DNA of 64,000 nt from positions 1 to 64,000 of the IMG/VR virus record IMGVR_UViG_3300025436_000002; one strand, given 5' to 3'. The position numbers were made by a program, and so were the translations under genes. This DNA is from a virus. The notes below the pieces were generated by a model, which was given only the letters and a program-made list of their open reading frames with translations, did not search any database and was not told the DNA's origin. Of the stretch, positions 47,334-57,442 are shown piece by piece (within the stretch, counting starts at the first letter, position 1; every line of letters starts with the position of its first letter).

Positions 47334-48034
47334 TGTTAGCAAATCCAACAAAATGGCTCAGGGAATCGACTTTGACCAAACCAATAACATACTCTGGAAC
47401 TATTATAGACAACAATGATCCTCTTAAAATAGGAAGAGTTACTGTAAGAGTTAAAGAGATGTATGGGGGTTATGGAGAAGATCACATATTAGACGAAGAC
47501 TTACCATGGATAAACCAACAACCCGCTAGTTTTCTAGGAAATAGTATAGAGACTTCATCATTTGCAGTGCCTGAAATAGGAACTGAAGTATCCGTAGAAT
47601 TTCCCACATCTGACTCATATTTCGGATATTATAAGGGTGGAAGTAATACGATTTTGAATAGAAACGATGCTTTTGATGAGGATTACCCAAACTCCTATGG
47701 ATTCACAGACAGTACTGGTAATATTTTCAAGGTGAATAAAACTAAAGGCACATGGGAGTTTAAACATCCCTCAGGAAACTATGTCAAGATGAACCAAGAT
47801 GAGACAATAGACATCTATCAGGCTTCTGGGAACACCTTAAAGATGAATCCAGACGGAACGGTGGATTTAATAACTACAACTCTCAACATAACTGCAACGA
47901 CTACGAATATATCTGGAGATCTAAACGTAACTGGGATAATAACAACTCCAGACTGTCTATCAAGTGGAAAATCTGGAGCTACTCATACCCATACCGTTCC
48001 AGAACACGCAGGTATCTCATCAGCACCTCTATAA
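47330..48034 (+). CDS. Baseplate central spike (gp5/gpV-like, no lysozyme domain)
   Basis: DNNDPLKIGRVTVRV OB fold, LPW, VPEIGTEV, C-terminal HTH iron-binding motif. Confidence 0.85.
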   Translation: MMLANPTKWLRESTLTKPITYSGTIIDNNDPLKIGRVTVRVKEMYGGYGEDHILDEDLPWINQQPASFLGNSIETSSFAVPEIGTEVSVEFPTSDSYFGYYKGGSNTILNRNDAFDEDYPNSYGFTDSTGNIFKVNKTKGTWEFKHPSGNYVKMNQDETIDIYQASGNTLKMNPDGTVDLITTTLNITATTTNISGDLNVTGIITTPDCLSSGKSGATHTHTVPEHAGISSAPL

Positions 48035-48049
48035 AGAAAGGATATTAGA

Positions 48050-48406
48050 ATGTTATACTCAGATATAAATAGTAATAACGCTTATGACAATCCCATAGTG
48101 GAGGATCTAGACTCTATAATGCAAAGTGTTACAAATATAATGACATGTACTAAGGGCGAAATGCCATTCCTACCTGAATTTGGGGGTAAAGAAGAAAGTT
48201 ATATATTTGAAATAGTCGATGTCGTAGGGTCTCTTCTAATGTTTCAATCAATAATAAACAATATTAATGCGTATGAACCACGAGTAACTTTAAACTTAGC
48301 ACAGTCCTCAGTCACCCCAGACTATGATAATAACTCATACAACGCTGTGATAGCTTTTCAAATAAAAGGAATGACTGGTAATTTTTCAGTGAATAGAGTT
48401 ATCTAA
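48050..48406 (+). CDS. Baseplate wedge gp25-like protein
   Basis: SIMQSVTNI...KGEMPFLPEFG...YEPRV. Confidence 0.85.
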   Translation: MLYSDINSNNAYDNPIVEDLDSIMQSVTNIMTCTKGEMPFLPEFGGKEESYIFEIVDVVGSLLMFQSIINNINAYEPRVTLNLAQSSVTPDYDNNSYNAVIAFQIKGMTGNFSVNRVI

Positions 48407-48464
48407 CTATTGACTTTTCTTTATTAGTATGTTATACTATGTATTATTAATAGTATGGAGAATT

Positions 48465-50312
48465 ATGTTGAAGAAAACTGGAACTAACTTTATAATATCA
48501 AAGACAGGTCTTATTTATCTCAAAGATAGTATAGAATGTTGGAAACCTGCATATCTAGAATACTTAGATGGAAAATCATTAAAGGTATTGGAAGGGTTAC
48601 TGGGCATTAGTGAGGGAACTTTTAAAAAGTATTTCTTAAAATTTGGGTTTTCCTTAAGAAACGCAGAAGAGAGTAAAGAACAGAGAGTAAAAACAAATAT
48701 ACTTAAATATGGAGTTCCATATGTGTTACAATCTAAAGAGATTAAAGATAAAGGCATAACTACCAATAGAGAGAAATATGGAACCGACTATGCCTCACAA
48801 GCCGAAGAGATTAGAGACAAAATAAAGGATACTAATCTCGAAAGGTATGGATTTTCATCAGCTACCAAATCTGAAAAAGTCAAAGATAAGATAAAGGCTA
48901 CTTGCATTCATAAATATGGGGTTGAGTATGCTGTTCAGTCTAAAGAATCTGTAGCTAAAAAAGAGTCTACTAATTTAGAAAGGTACGGAGTAATCAACCC
49001 GTTCCAATCAGAAGATATTAAGAATAAAATAAAGAAAACTAATCTAGATAAGTATGGATTTTCATCAGCTACCCAATCCGAATTGATAAAAAGTAGGATA
49101 AGAAAAACTAATTTAGAGAAATATGGCTGTATTCATGCTCTCCAAACAGAAGAATCCATGAGTAAATTGAGAAGTACAAATATATTTAAATATGGATATC
49201 CATACGCTATGCAATCTTCTAAGATAGCCAGTAAAGTAAGAAAATTTAAGAAAGAGTCCGTATTAGAGAGTATTAAAAATAGATTTAATTCGAAGGAATC
49301 CGAGTACACGTTATTAGATAGCTATAAAGGCGTATTCTACAACGTAGGTAATAAACTAAAATGGGTTAAATATAGCGTAAAGCATAGGGTATGTGGTTCT
49401 GTTTTTAAAAGTGCCATGAAAGCTGATATAAAATGTCCAATATGTTTTCCTCAGATGAGGGGAGAATCTCAGAGTAAAATACAAGAATTTATAAATTCTT
49501 TAAATATTGACACTGTAGTTAATGATAGGGGGACTATATATCCCCTAGAGATAGATATTTTAATACCTAAGTTGGGCATTGGATTTGAGTATAACGGGAG
49601 TTACTACCATAGTTCTAAGTTTAAGGTATCTAGCTCTTACCACAAAGTAAAAACGGAGTCTTCACTAGCGAAAGAGATTAAGTTATATCATATATGGGAA
49701 CATGACAACGAAGATATAATAAAGAGCATGATCAGATCAACATTGGGGAGATGTGAGTGTAGGTATCATGCTCGTAAACTTAAAGTTAAAGAAGTAAGCA
49801 TTAGAGAACGTAGAGACTTCTTTAACAATAATCATCTTCACGGGGATGTAAGTAGTAACTTGGCTTTAGGATTATACGAGGGTTCTAAATTAGTAAGTTG
49901 TATATCTTTCAGGAAGTGTAGGGAAATCATTGAGATAGCTAGGTTCGCCACACTCTTAAACTCATCATGTGTAGGAGGATTTTCAAGATTATTAAAAAGT
50001 AGTATCCATGAATATAAAATGCAAGGTTATACTAAAATAATAACGTATTGTGATCGAGACTGGACACCTAATTATAAAGATTCAGTATATTTTAAAAATG
50101 GTTTTAGATTTATAGGGGATACTGGAGTTCAATTAAAATATTACAATGAACGTAGGGAAGTAGTTAGTAGAGAGAAATATCAGAAACATAAACTTAAAAA
50201 AATGTTTCCAAAGTCATATTCAGATACCAAAACAGCAGATCAGATATTGGAAGAAAATAGTATCTATTCAATACATAATAGTGGTAATTGGAAATTCGAA
50301 ATGGATATTTAG
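48465..50312 (+). CDS. Hef-like PD-(D/E)xK homing endonuclease with TNLERYG repeats and GNAT-like C-terminus
   Basis: About eight T-N-L-x-K/R-YG repeats; LEIDILIPKLGIGFEYNGSYYH; HARKLKVKEV; own promoter 48410-48438. Confidence 0.75.
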   Translation: MLKKTGTNFIISKTGLIYLKDSIECWKPAYLEYLDGKSLKVLEGLLGISEGTFKKYFLKFGFSLRNAEESKEQRVKTNILKYGVPYVLQSKEIKDKGITTNREKYGTDYASQAEEIRDKIKDTNLERYGFSSATKSEKVKDKIKATCIHKYGVEYAVQSKESVAKKESTNLERYGVINPFQSEDIKNKIKKTNLDKYGFSSATQSELIKSRIRKTNLEKYGCIHALQTEESMSKLRSTNIFKYGYPYAMQSSKIASKVRKFKKESVLESIKNRFNSKESEYTLLDSYKGVFYNVGNKLKWVKYSVKHRVCGSVFKSAMKADIKCPICFPQMRGESQSKIQEFINSLNIDTVVNDRGTIYPLEIDILIPKLGIGFEYNGSYYHSSKFKVSSSYHKVKTESSLAKEIKLYHIWEHDNEDIIKSMIRSTLGRCECRYHARKLKVKEVSIRERRDFFNNNHLHGDVSSNLALGLYEGSKLVSCISFRKCREIIEIARFATLLNSSCVGGFSRLLKSSIHEYKMQGYTKIITYCDRDWTPNYKDSVYFKNGFRFIGDTGVQLKYYNERREVVSREKYQKHKLKKMFPKSYSDTKTADQILEENSIYSIHNSGNWKFEMDI

Positions 50313-50374
50313 TTGCTAAACACTTATTTTATATTCTATATAGGTAGAATGTAGAATATATAGGGTGTTTTATA

Positions 50375-52453
50375 ATGGCTTTAAAATTAGATAGTTTATC
50401 ATTTAGCCAAGTACAGTTAAGTTTAACAAATTACTTCAACTCACAGACGGATAGTGGTAAGTGGAAAGATTTCTATGCCAGCTCAACAGGTAGCATATTT
50501 ATTAGACTTCTTTCTACGTTTGGGAGTTTCATAAGCTATTTAGTCACGGTGGCTAGAAGAGAAGTATATTTATCGTATGCACAGAATCGTACAAGTTTAA
50601 TAGGGATAGCACAGAACTTAGGATATTCAGTATCTAGGGGTAAAAATGAAGTAGTTCAGTTAGTAATAACTCCAAATATGACTGGACTAATTCCTGCATA
50701 TACAAGTATAGGTACTGTTAAGAACTATGAAATAGTCACGGTAGAAGGTACTCAACTTAACAAAGGGGTTTCTTCCACTATTAGCGTCTATCTCGGCAAC
50801 TTAATGAGCGAAAGTATTACAATAGATACAGAAGGATTAAAAATATTTAGATTTATATCTTCTAATGTCAGTGACTATGTGAGATTAAAATTAAATGATA
50901 TAGTTATTCCGTCATCCATAAACTCTAAAGACCTGTGGAATGACATGTATCTTACTATATCTAATCCATTAGGGGCAGTAGATGTAGCTTATATCCAAGA
51001 GGGTGTATATAAGTATAAACCTACCGACATCTTAACTCTGGAGTATATAGAATTATCAAATGTATCTTATAAAATAACCGATCTTATTATTGATAAGGGG
51101 ACTATAACCTCCGTAAATAAAGTACTATCTTACATAACTCCAGAACCTAATGACAGTATAAGAATAAAAGCACCTTTATGTCATGAAACTCAAGTTCTCG
51201 TAAGAGCTAGAAATGACTACTTAAAAGAATTCAAAAACTTAGGATATAACTTTTCAGATACAAATAGTAGGGATTTCACACCTGCCATAGTCGATCTTAG
51301 TTATGTAAGGAATGATTATACTATCATGACTTCATCCGAAGAAACTAGCATTGTGAGTCAACTAGATAACATGAGAGCCATGGGAGTTCCTATCCCTATA
51401 ATAAAGGAACCCGTCCATTTCAAGTTAGAGATAGACTTTGATATAAAAAGAAACTCAAATAGTATTGTGAATATTATAGATGTTGAAGCTGACGTGGCAA
51501 GTATTACTGAATCCTATGAAAAGACCATGAGACCTTCCATAGATTTAGAACTTCTTGAAAAGAATATAGATGATTTTTCATACGTTAAGAGAACTAGAAT
51601 AAGCGTACACGCTACCAATAGGATAAATAGCACAAAGTATAGGTTAGGAGATTTTATAGCTTCTCCTTTGTCAGGTAGTAAGGTGTACATGGCTTATGAT
51701 TTTATTAGAAACTCTGATACTTTAGAACCTTCTTGGGTGTATACTGATGGAAGTTTAATAGTAGATAATGGATTAGTGTGGCAGTGTATCCCGAGATACG
51801 GAAAAAATCCACCTACTTGGTATGCTTCGAGGAGTTATAAACTTGGGGATCTAGTTAGAAGTACTTCAATAGTTGATCCGTCTATAGAGTTTATGTTTGA
51901 ATGTATAGCTATTCAGAAATATTCAGGTACTATAATACCTAGTTTTACGACAGTACTCCAAGACTTTACTGAGGATAACGGATTGATATGGGTATGTAAG
52001 TCTAAGATAGCTAGTGGTTTAGCTTGGACTCCTAGCACTATGTATAATATTGGGGACTCTATATTAGAGGGAGAATTTTCCTATGAAGTAGTCGGATTTA
52101 GAGGAACCTCTTCTGGATCACTACCCGTATTTAAGGATATAGAATACTACGAATTAATCTGGGTAGACATTCCTAACTATACTTTTAGAATAGCTGGGGA
52201 TAAAACACAACATATATTAGTTAACGATACAATACAAGTTCAAGAGTCTACTGGAAATGATGGATATTATACAGTAGTCAGTTCTACCTTTTCGGGAGGA
52301 AATACTGACGTGGTAGTTAGTCAAGTTATTCCTTCAAGTGTTATAGATGGAAAACTCTACCTTGAAGATACATTAACTAGAGACGGAGATATTCTTTGGA
52401 AATATTTCGATGAGAATGAAGTCTTGTTCAATTATGGCTGGAATAATTTATAA
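50375..52453 (+). CDS. Baseplate wedge protein (gp6-like) with accessory domains
   Basis: LSFSQVQLSLTNY...WKDFY...AQNRTSLIGIAQNLGY...EPNDSIRIKAP. Confidence 0.8.
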   Translation: MALKLDSLSFSQVQLSLTNYFNSQTDSGKWKDFYASSTGSIFIRLLSTFGSFISYLVTVARREVYLSYAQNRTSLIGIAQNLGYSVSRGKNEVVQLVITPNMTGLIPAYTSIGTVKNYEIVTVEGTQLNKGVSSTISVYLGNLMSESITIDTEGLKIFRFISSNVSDYVRLKLNDIVIPSSINSKDLWNDMYLTISNPLGAVDVAYIQEGVYKYKPTDILTLEYIELSNVSYKITDLIIDKGTITSVNKVLSYITPEPNDSIRIKAPLCHETQVLVRARNDYLKEFKNLGYNFSDTNSRDFTPAIVDLSYVRNDYTIMTSSEETSIVSQLDNMRAMGVPIPIIKEPVHFKLEIDFDIKRNSNSIVNIIDVEADVASITESYEKTMRPSIDLELLEKNIDDFSYVKRTRISVHATNRINSTKYRLGDFIASPLSGSKVYMAYDFIRNSDTLEPSWVYTDGSLIVDNGLVWQCIPRYGKNPPTWYASRSYKLGDLVRSTSIVDPSIEFMFECIAIQKYSGTIIPSFTTVLQDFTEDNGLIWVCKSKIASGLAWTPSTMYNIGDSILEGEFSYEVVGFRGTSSGSLPVFKDIEYYELIWVDIPNYTFRIAGDKTQHILVNDTIQVQESTGNDGYYTVVSSTFSGGNTDVVVSQVIPSSVIDGKLYLEDTLTRDGDILWKYFDENEVLFNYGWNNL

Positions 52454-52532
52454 AAATAAAGAATAATGTAATACTGTCTTAGATTTTATATTATATTATA
52501 TGTAGGGTGTTAGAAGTAGTGGGATTTAGAGA

Positions 52533-53189
52533 ATGTTCAACCATTCAGTAAGACGTTGGATACCACAAAGTTTCTCGGAAAGAGAACTTGTAAAGCAGTT
52601 TGCGGATTCCGTAGACTGGCTTTTAAGTGTTGATTATCCGTACTCTGATAAAATGTCAGCTAGGTTTGACTCTGTTAAGAATAAATATAGAAGCATGCAA
52701 GATATTCCTTTAGAGGACGTATATGAAATAATAAGTGAATTCGGATATCAACACATGACGGAGATTCTAAACTCAGATGAGGACTCTATAAGAACTTTTC
52801 TAGGATTTCTAAACTTTATTCATATGAATAAAGGAACTAGAAAAGGTATGGAATTTGTATTTAGACTTCTAAATATGGATTATGAAGTATCTGAATGGTG
52901 GGAGCAGTCCCCTATGGGAGAACAACATACATTCAATATAGACCTATTAAGTTTTTCTCCCAATGATATAAGGGGTTTTGAAGTAATAAATAAGATAATA
53001 GATTTCACCAGGAACTATGTATACCCCATACTAAATAATTTAACAATACAATTCGTATTAGATGATCTTTTCTTAAACTGGGCTATAGTGAGTCAACAGG
53101 CTGTATATATAACACTACAACCAGATACAGATATTCCATCTACATTAATATGGAATGAGGGAAACTGGAATCAAAAAAATTGGGCTTAA
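52533..53189 (+). CDS. Baseplate wedge/tail formation protein (P2 gpI or gp7-like)
   Basis: HMNKGTRKGMEFVF...VSEWWE. Confidence 0.65.
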   Translation: MFNHSVRRWIPQSFSERELVKQFADSVDWLLSVDYPYSDKMSARFDSVKNKYRSMQDIPLEDVYEIISEFGYQHMTEILNSDEDSIRTFLGFLNFIHMNKGTRKGMEFVFRLLNMDYEVSEWWEQSPMGEQHTFNIDLLSFSPNDIRGFEVINKIIDFTRNYVYPILNNLTIQFVLDDLFLNWAIVSQQAVYITLQPDTDIPSTLIWNEGNWNQKNWA

Positions 53190-53230
53190 TTACAGTAATT
53201 AATATAAGATAAAGTTGGAGGAATATAGAT

Positions 53231-56200
53231 ATGAGTAGGTATACACCCATACTCACCGAGTTAGGAAGTCAGTTAATTTTAGATAGTTTAGCAAACGGTA
53301 CCAATATAACATTGAAGTATTTTGCTTGGGGGGATAGTAACGGATTTCAGACTCCTCCTAATCCTATACAGACTGCCTTAAATCATGAAGTGTATAGAAA
53401 AGAAATAGACTATGTTTTTCTGGATCCAAACATGATTAACTGGTTAGATGTTCTAACTATAATTCCAAGTGACGTTGGGGGATTTACTGTAAGAGAAGTT
53501 GGGATATTTACTCAAGATGGTAGTCTGTTCGCAGTAGCGGAACACCCTGAATTTTATAAGTCAATACCTATCGATGGAACCACCATAGAATTTAAAGAAA
53601 AATTTATAATTAAGATAGGAAACCTTACAGAGGTAAATATAACCCTGAATCCTATGTCGACTCTGGATGCTACCAGCATAGGCAACGGTTCTGTAAGTAA
53701 TGAAGAGTTCCAGTGTCTTGACGGAGTAACTTCACCTATCCAACCCCAGTTAGACGGTAAAGTTAATAGAGTCGGAGATACCATGACTGGAAATTTAACC
53801 ATTCCAGAAGGTACTTTAAGTGGACATGCTGTGAATAAGGGACAATTAGACGCAAAAGTTGATAGAGCTGGAGATACCATGACTGGAAATTTAACTATTC
53901 CAGATGGTACTTTAAGCGGGCATGCTGTGAATCTAGGTCAATTGGGGAGTATACTTGAGGCAAAACTACCCCCAACTTTCTTGTCAGGATTAACATTATC
54001 TAATAGTAATTCTTCAGGAGCGACTGAGATAATAGCTGTAGGTACTACTTCTAATACAGCTTATAGATCCCTTGATAATGGAGCTACATGGGACCTCGGA
54101 GTTCCAATACCTACCGAAATAAGTAATTCAGCAGTAGATAGTATAACTCAGTTAATGAATGGGGACCTACTAGCTACTGGAAACGTCACACAGTTAATAT
54201 ATAGATCTACAGATAGGGGATACACTTGGACAAGTGGTACAAAAGTAGACCCTTCAGTAGTTATCTCATTAAGGGGAATTACTCAACTTACTAACGGGGA
54301 TGTACTAGCCACAGGATTCACATCTAATAAAGTGTACAGATCCATCGATAATGGAGTTACATGGGACCCTGGAGTTTTAGTAAGAACTGGGGCGGGTCTT
54401 CAGAATATAACTCAACTAGCTAACGGATACATACTCGCTACAGGGGATACAACTAAAAAAGTTTATACTTCTAAGGATAATGGAGTAACATGGGGTGACG
54501 GGGTACTAGTACCGAGTGCTACATCATTATCCAACATAGTTCAATCAAAAGACGGTCCTATCCTAGTTTTAGCGAGGAATGATCGTAAAATATATAAATC
54601 TACGGATGTGGGAAATCTAGGAACTACCTGGGATCCTGGAACTTCAATACCCGTACCTGTTGGTACTAGCTTACACGGGTTATGCAAAACAATAACTGGA
54701 GACATACTAGTCTCTGGAAATGGAAATAAAATATTTAGATCCCTATACCCTAGTAACGGAGCTGATTGGGATGCTGGAACTTTTATAGCGACTGGAGCTA
54801 GTGTTACAGGCTTAGTACAGGTAAGAACATCTGGAGATATATTAGCTACAGGATACCAATCTGACAGTATCCATAGATCAAGCGATCAAGGACTTAACTG
54901 GGATTCTGGCTCTTTAGTGGAATATGGATCAGGATTAGATAGCATGGTACAACTAGCCAGTAGTGAGCTACTTGTAACAGGTAATACTTCTAATAAAGTA
55001 TATAAATCCATCGATAAAGGAGATACATGGGACTCGGGAGTTCTCATAACAGATGCCTCTAGTATCGGGGATATTACTCAGTTAGTAAATGGAAGTATTC
55101 TAGTAACTGATAGAGTAACAGATAAAGTATATAAATCCATCGATAAAGGAGATACATGGGACTCAGGGGTTTTAATAGAAAATTTAATAGCCGTAACTCC
55201 AAACACGCAAGTTTCTGGATCGAATAGCTATAATTTTAGCATAAATGGAGATGTTACATCCCAAATACCAGACCACTCCACAGTTAAGATGCAAGGAGGT
55301 TCTGGAATAGAATATGTAGTGAGTGCTACTTATGATGGCATAAACGATATCACTAACATATTTAGAGATGATAGTCTCGAGATAGACCCTATTGATAGAG
55401 CCTTATATGCTGGAGGGACACTACTTAAAAAGTCTACAAGTAACTCTATTCGAGGAATACTCCAAACATCTAACGGAAGTATACTAGTTACTGGAGAAGA
55501 CTCAGGTAAAGTATACAAGTCGTTTGATAACGGGGCTACATGGGATATTGGAACTTTAATTGATTCTGGAGCAGGTATATGCGACATCATACAAACAGCT
55601 AATGGAAGTATAAGGGTACTCGGATATACTTCAAATAAAGTGTACACGTCTACAGACAACGGGAATACATGGGACTCTGGAGTTTTAGTGGCTAGTGGGG
55701 CAGGGCTTATAGGGATAATTCAGACAGATTATGGAGATTTAGTAGTTACAGGAGCATTATCTAAAAAAGTATATAGGTCTAGGAATAACGGACTCAACTG
55801 GAGTAGTGGAGTTTCTTCTTATGTAAATCCTCGCCCAATATCAGTTAATGTTTTAACCAACGGAGATGTAGCTGTATGTGGTTACAGTTCTGATAGGATA
55901 TACCTGTCTGAGGATAATGGATCCACTTGGGATAGTGGTTCTTTAGTATCCAATGGAACAGGACTAATGTCAGTTATTCAGTTAGCCAATGGAGACCTCC
56001 TTGCAACTAATGAAATGTCAAATAGGGTATTTAAGTCTACAGACTATGGAGTTACTTGGGATACTGGGATTGTAGTAGCTTCTGGATTCTTTTTAGACGG
56101 AATAATACAACTAAGCAATGGAAGTATACTAGCAGTAGCCCATAATAATGATAAGGTCTATAAGTCCATAGATAATGGAGCTACATGGAATACTGGAACT

Positions 56201-57424
56201 GTCATATCCACAGGAGCTGGAATACGTAATTTAGTTCAGTCAACAATTGGGATATCTTCGGGACGTATATTTGCTACGGGAGAGCATACTAACAAAGTAT
56301 ACATGTCTACAGATAATGGAGTAACATGGAATGGCGGTGGAGGTAGTGGAAATCCTTGGCTTACTGGGATATTAGTATCTGCTGGGGCAGGTATTTTTGG
56401 AATAACTGAGGATACTAACGGAAACTTGTTAGTTACGGGAAGTACTTCCCACAAAGTATACAAGTCCACCGACGATGGACTAACATGGAATGGAGGGAAT
56501 GTATCTCCATGGCAAACAGGAATTCTGATAGGGGATAGTGCTACGGGCATAACCCAAATAACAAATGGAGATATTCTAGTAGCTGGAAATTCTTCGAATA
56601 GGATATACAGGTCTACTAATGGTGGGGAGAGTTGGGACGCAGGGAGCTTCTCCTATGAGAATTTCAGCTTAGGTGATGTAATGCAACTATCCGTAGATTC
56701 TGGAGTAGGGATAGACATATCCGCAGGTAAAGCCAGATCTGATGATGACACGGCTAATATCGAATTTACAAGTTTATCTTCATCTTTTAAAACATTAGAT
56801 AGCCTTTTTATAGAAGGTACTGGGAATGGCGGATTGGATGAAGGGGTAAAAACAATAAACACTTGGTATCATGTATATGTTATCTCTAAACTAGACGGTA
56901 CTAGTGATATATTATTTTCTCAAAACGCAGTATCTCCCATAATGCCTACAGACTTTGTATACCAAAGAAGGGTTGGAAGTATTCTTACAGACTTATACGG
57001 TGGAATAGTAAAATTTCAACAGAGGGGGGACAAGTTTTATTACTTAAACCCTAGAACCGATTATTATTCAGGAACTCCTGGAACTCCTTCTGGATCTTGG
57101 ACACTTTTACCCCTAGGAACTCCATACGGAGTTCGTTGTGAAGCCCTCATGAACATTTCTATTGTAGGAGGAGCTCCTGGGAATGGATTAGAAGCTCTTA
57201 TATATGTAAAACCTACATTTATGAATACTCCGCAGCATTTTGTAGGAATATACCCAAGAGCAGACGGTGGAGGAGATTATGTAGGAAGTAGAGATAGTAG
57301 TGGTATTTCTATATTTACGGATACAGCATCTAGAATACATAGAAAAGAGACTACAGCTGGGCAAACTTGGGCTACTTTTGAATATGATACCTATGGTTGG
57401 ATTGATACTAGGGGAAAAAATTAA
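53231..57424 (+). CDS. Tail fibre / receptor-binding protein with 18 Asp-box repeats
   Basis: N-terminal baseplate anchor (AWGDSNG...QTALNHEVYR...GGFTVREVGIF); GDTMTGNL repeats; 18 SxDxGxTW-type repeats. Confidence 0.9.
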   Translation: MSRYTPILTELGSQLILDSLANGTNITLKYFAWGDSNGFQTPPNPIQTALNHEVYRKEIDYVFLDPNMINWLDVLTIIPSDVGGFTVREVGIFTQDGSLFAVAEHPEFYKSIPIDGTTIEFKEKFIIKIGNLTEVNITLNPMSTLDATSIGNGSVSNEEFQCLDGVTSPIQPQLDGKVNRVGDTMTGNLTIPEGTLSGHAVNKGQLDAKVDRAGDTMTGNLTIPDGTLSGHAVNLGQLGSILEAKLPPTFLSGLTLSNSNSSGATEIIAVGTTSNTAYRSLDNGATWDLGVPIPTEISNSAVDSITQLMNGDLLATGNVTQLIYRSTDRGYTWTSGTKVDPSVVISLRGITQLTNGDVLATGFTSNKVYRSIDNGVTWDPGVLVRTGAGLQNITQLANGYILATGDTTKKVYTSKDNGVTWGDGVLVPSATSLSNIVQSKDGPILVLARNDRKIYKSTDVGNLGTTWDPGTSIPVPVGTSLHGLCKTITGDILVSGNGNKIFRSLYPSNGADWDAGTFIATGASVTGLVQVRTSGDILATGYQSDSIHRSSDQGLNWDSGSLVEYGSGLDSMVQLASSELLVTGNTSNKVYKSIDKGDTWDSGVLITDASSIGDITQLVNGSILVTDRVTDKVYKSIDKGDTWDSGVLIENLIAVTPNTQVSGSNSYNFSINGDVTSQIPDHSTVKMQGGSGIEYVVSATYDGINDITNIFRDDSLEIDPIDRALYAGGTLLKKSTSNSIRGILQTSNGSILVTGEDSGKVYKSFDNGATWDIGTLIDSGAGICDIIQTANGSIRVLGYTSNKVYTSTDNGNTWDSGVLVASGAGLIGIIQTDYGDLVVTGALSKKVYRSRNNGLNWSSGVSSYVNPRPISVNVLTNGDVAVCGYSSDRIYLSEDNGSTWDSGSLVSNGTGLMSVIQLANGDLLATNEMSNRVFKSTDYGVTWDTGIVVASGFFLDGIIQLSNGSILAVAHNNDKVYKSIDNGATWNTGTVISTGAGIRNLVQSTIGISSGRIFATGEHTNKVYMSTDNGVTWNGGGGSGNPWLTGILVSAGAGIFGITEDTNGNLLVTGSTSHKVYKSTDDGLTWNGGNVSPWQTGILIGDSATGITQITNGDILVAGNSSNRIYRSTNGGESWDAGSFSYENFSLGDVMQLSVDSGVGIDISAGKARSDDDTANIEFTSLSSSFKTLDSLFIEGTGNGGLDEGVKTINTWYHVYVISKLDGTSDILFSQNAVSPIMPTDFVYQRRVGSILTDLYGGIVKFQQRGDKFYYLNPRTDYYSGTPGTPSGSWTLLPLGTPYGVRCEALMNISIVGGAPGNGLEALIYVKPTFMNTPQHFVGIYPRADGGGDYVGSRDSSGISIFTDTASRIHRKETTAGQTWATFEYDTYGWIDTRGKN

Positions 57425-57442
57425 ATAGAGGAGAAAATATAT

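Noticed and set aside
1576-52495. Archaeal TATA-box reading of TTTATATT
   Set aside because: Coexists with 14 canonical bacterial -35/-10 promoters and SD sites; no purine-rich BRE upstream
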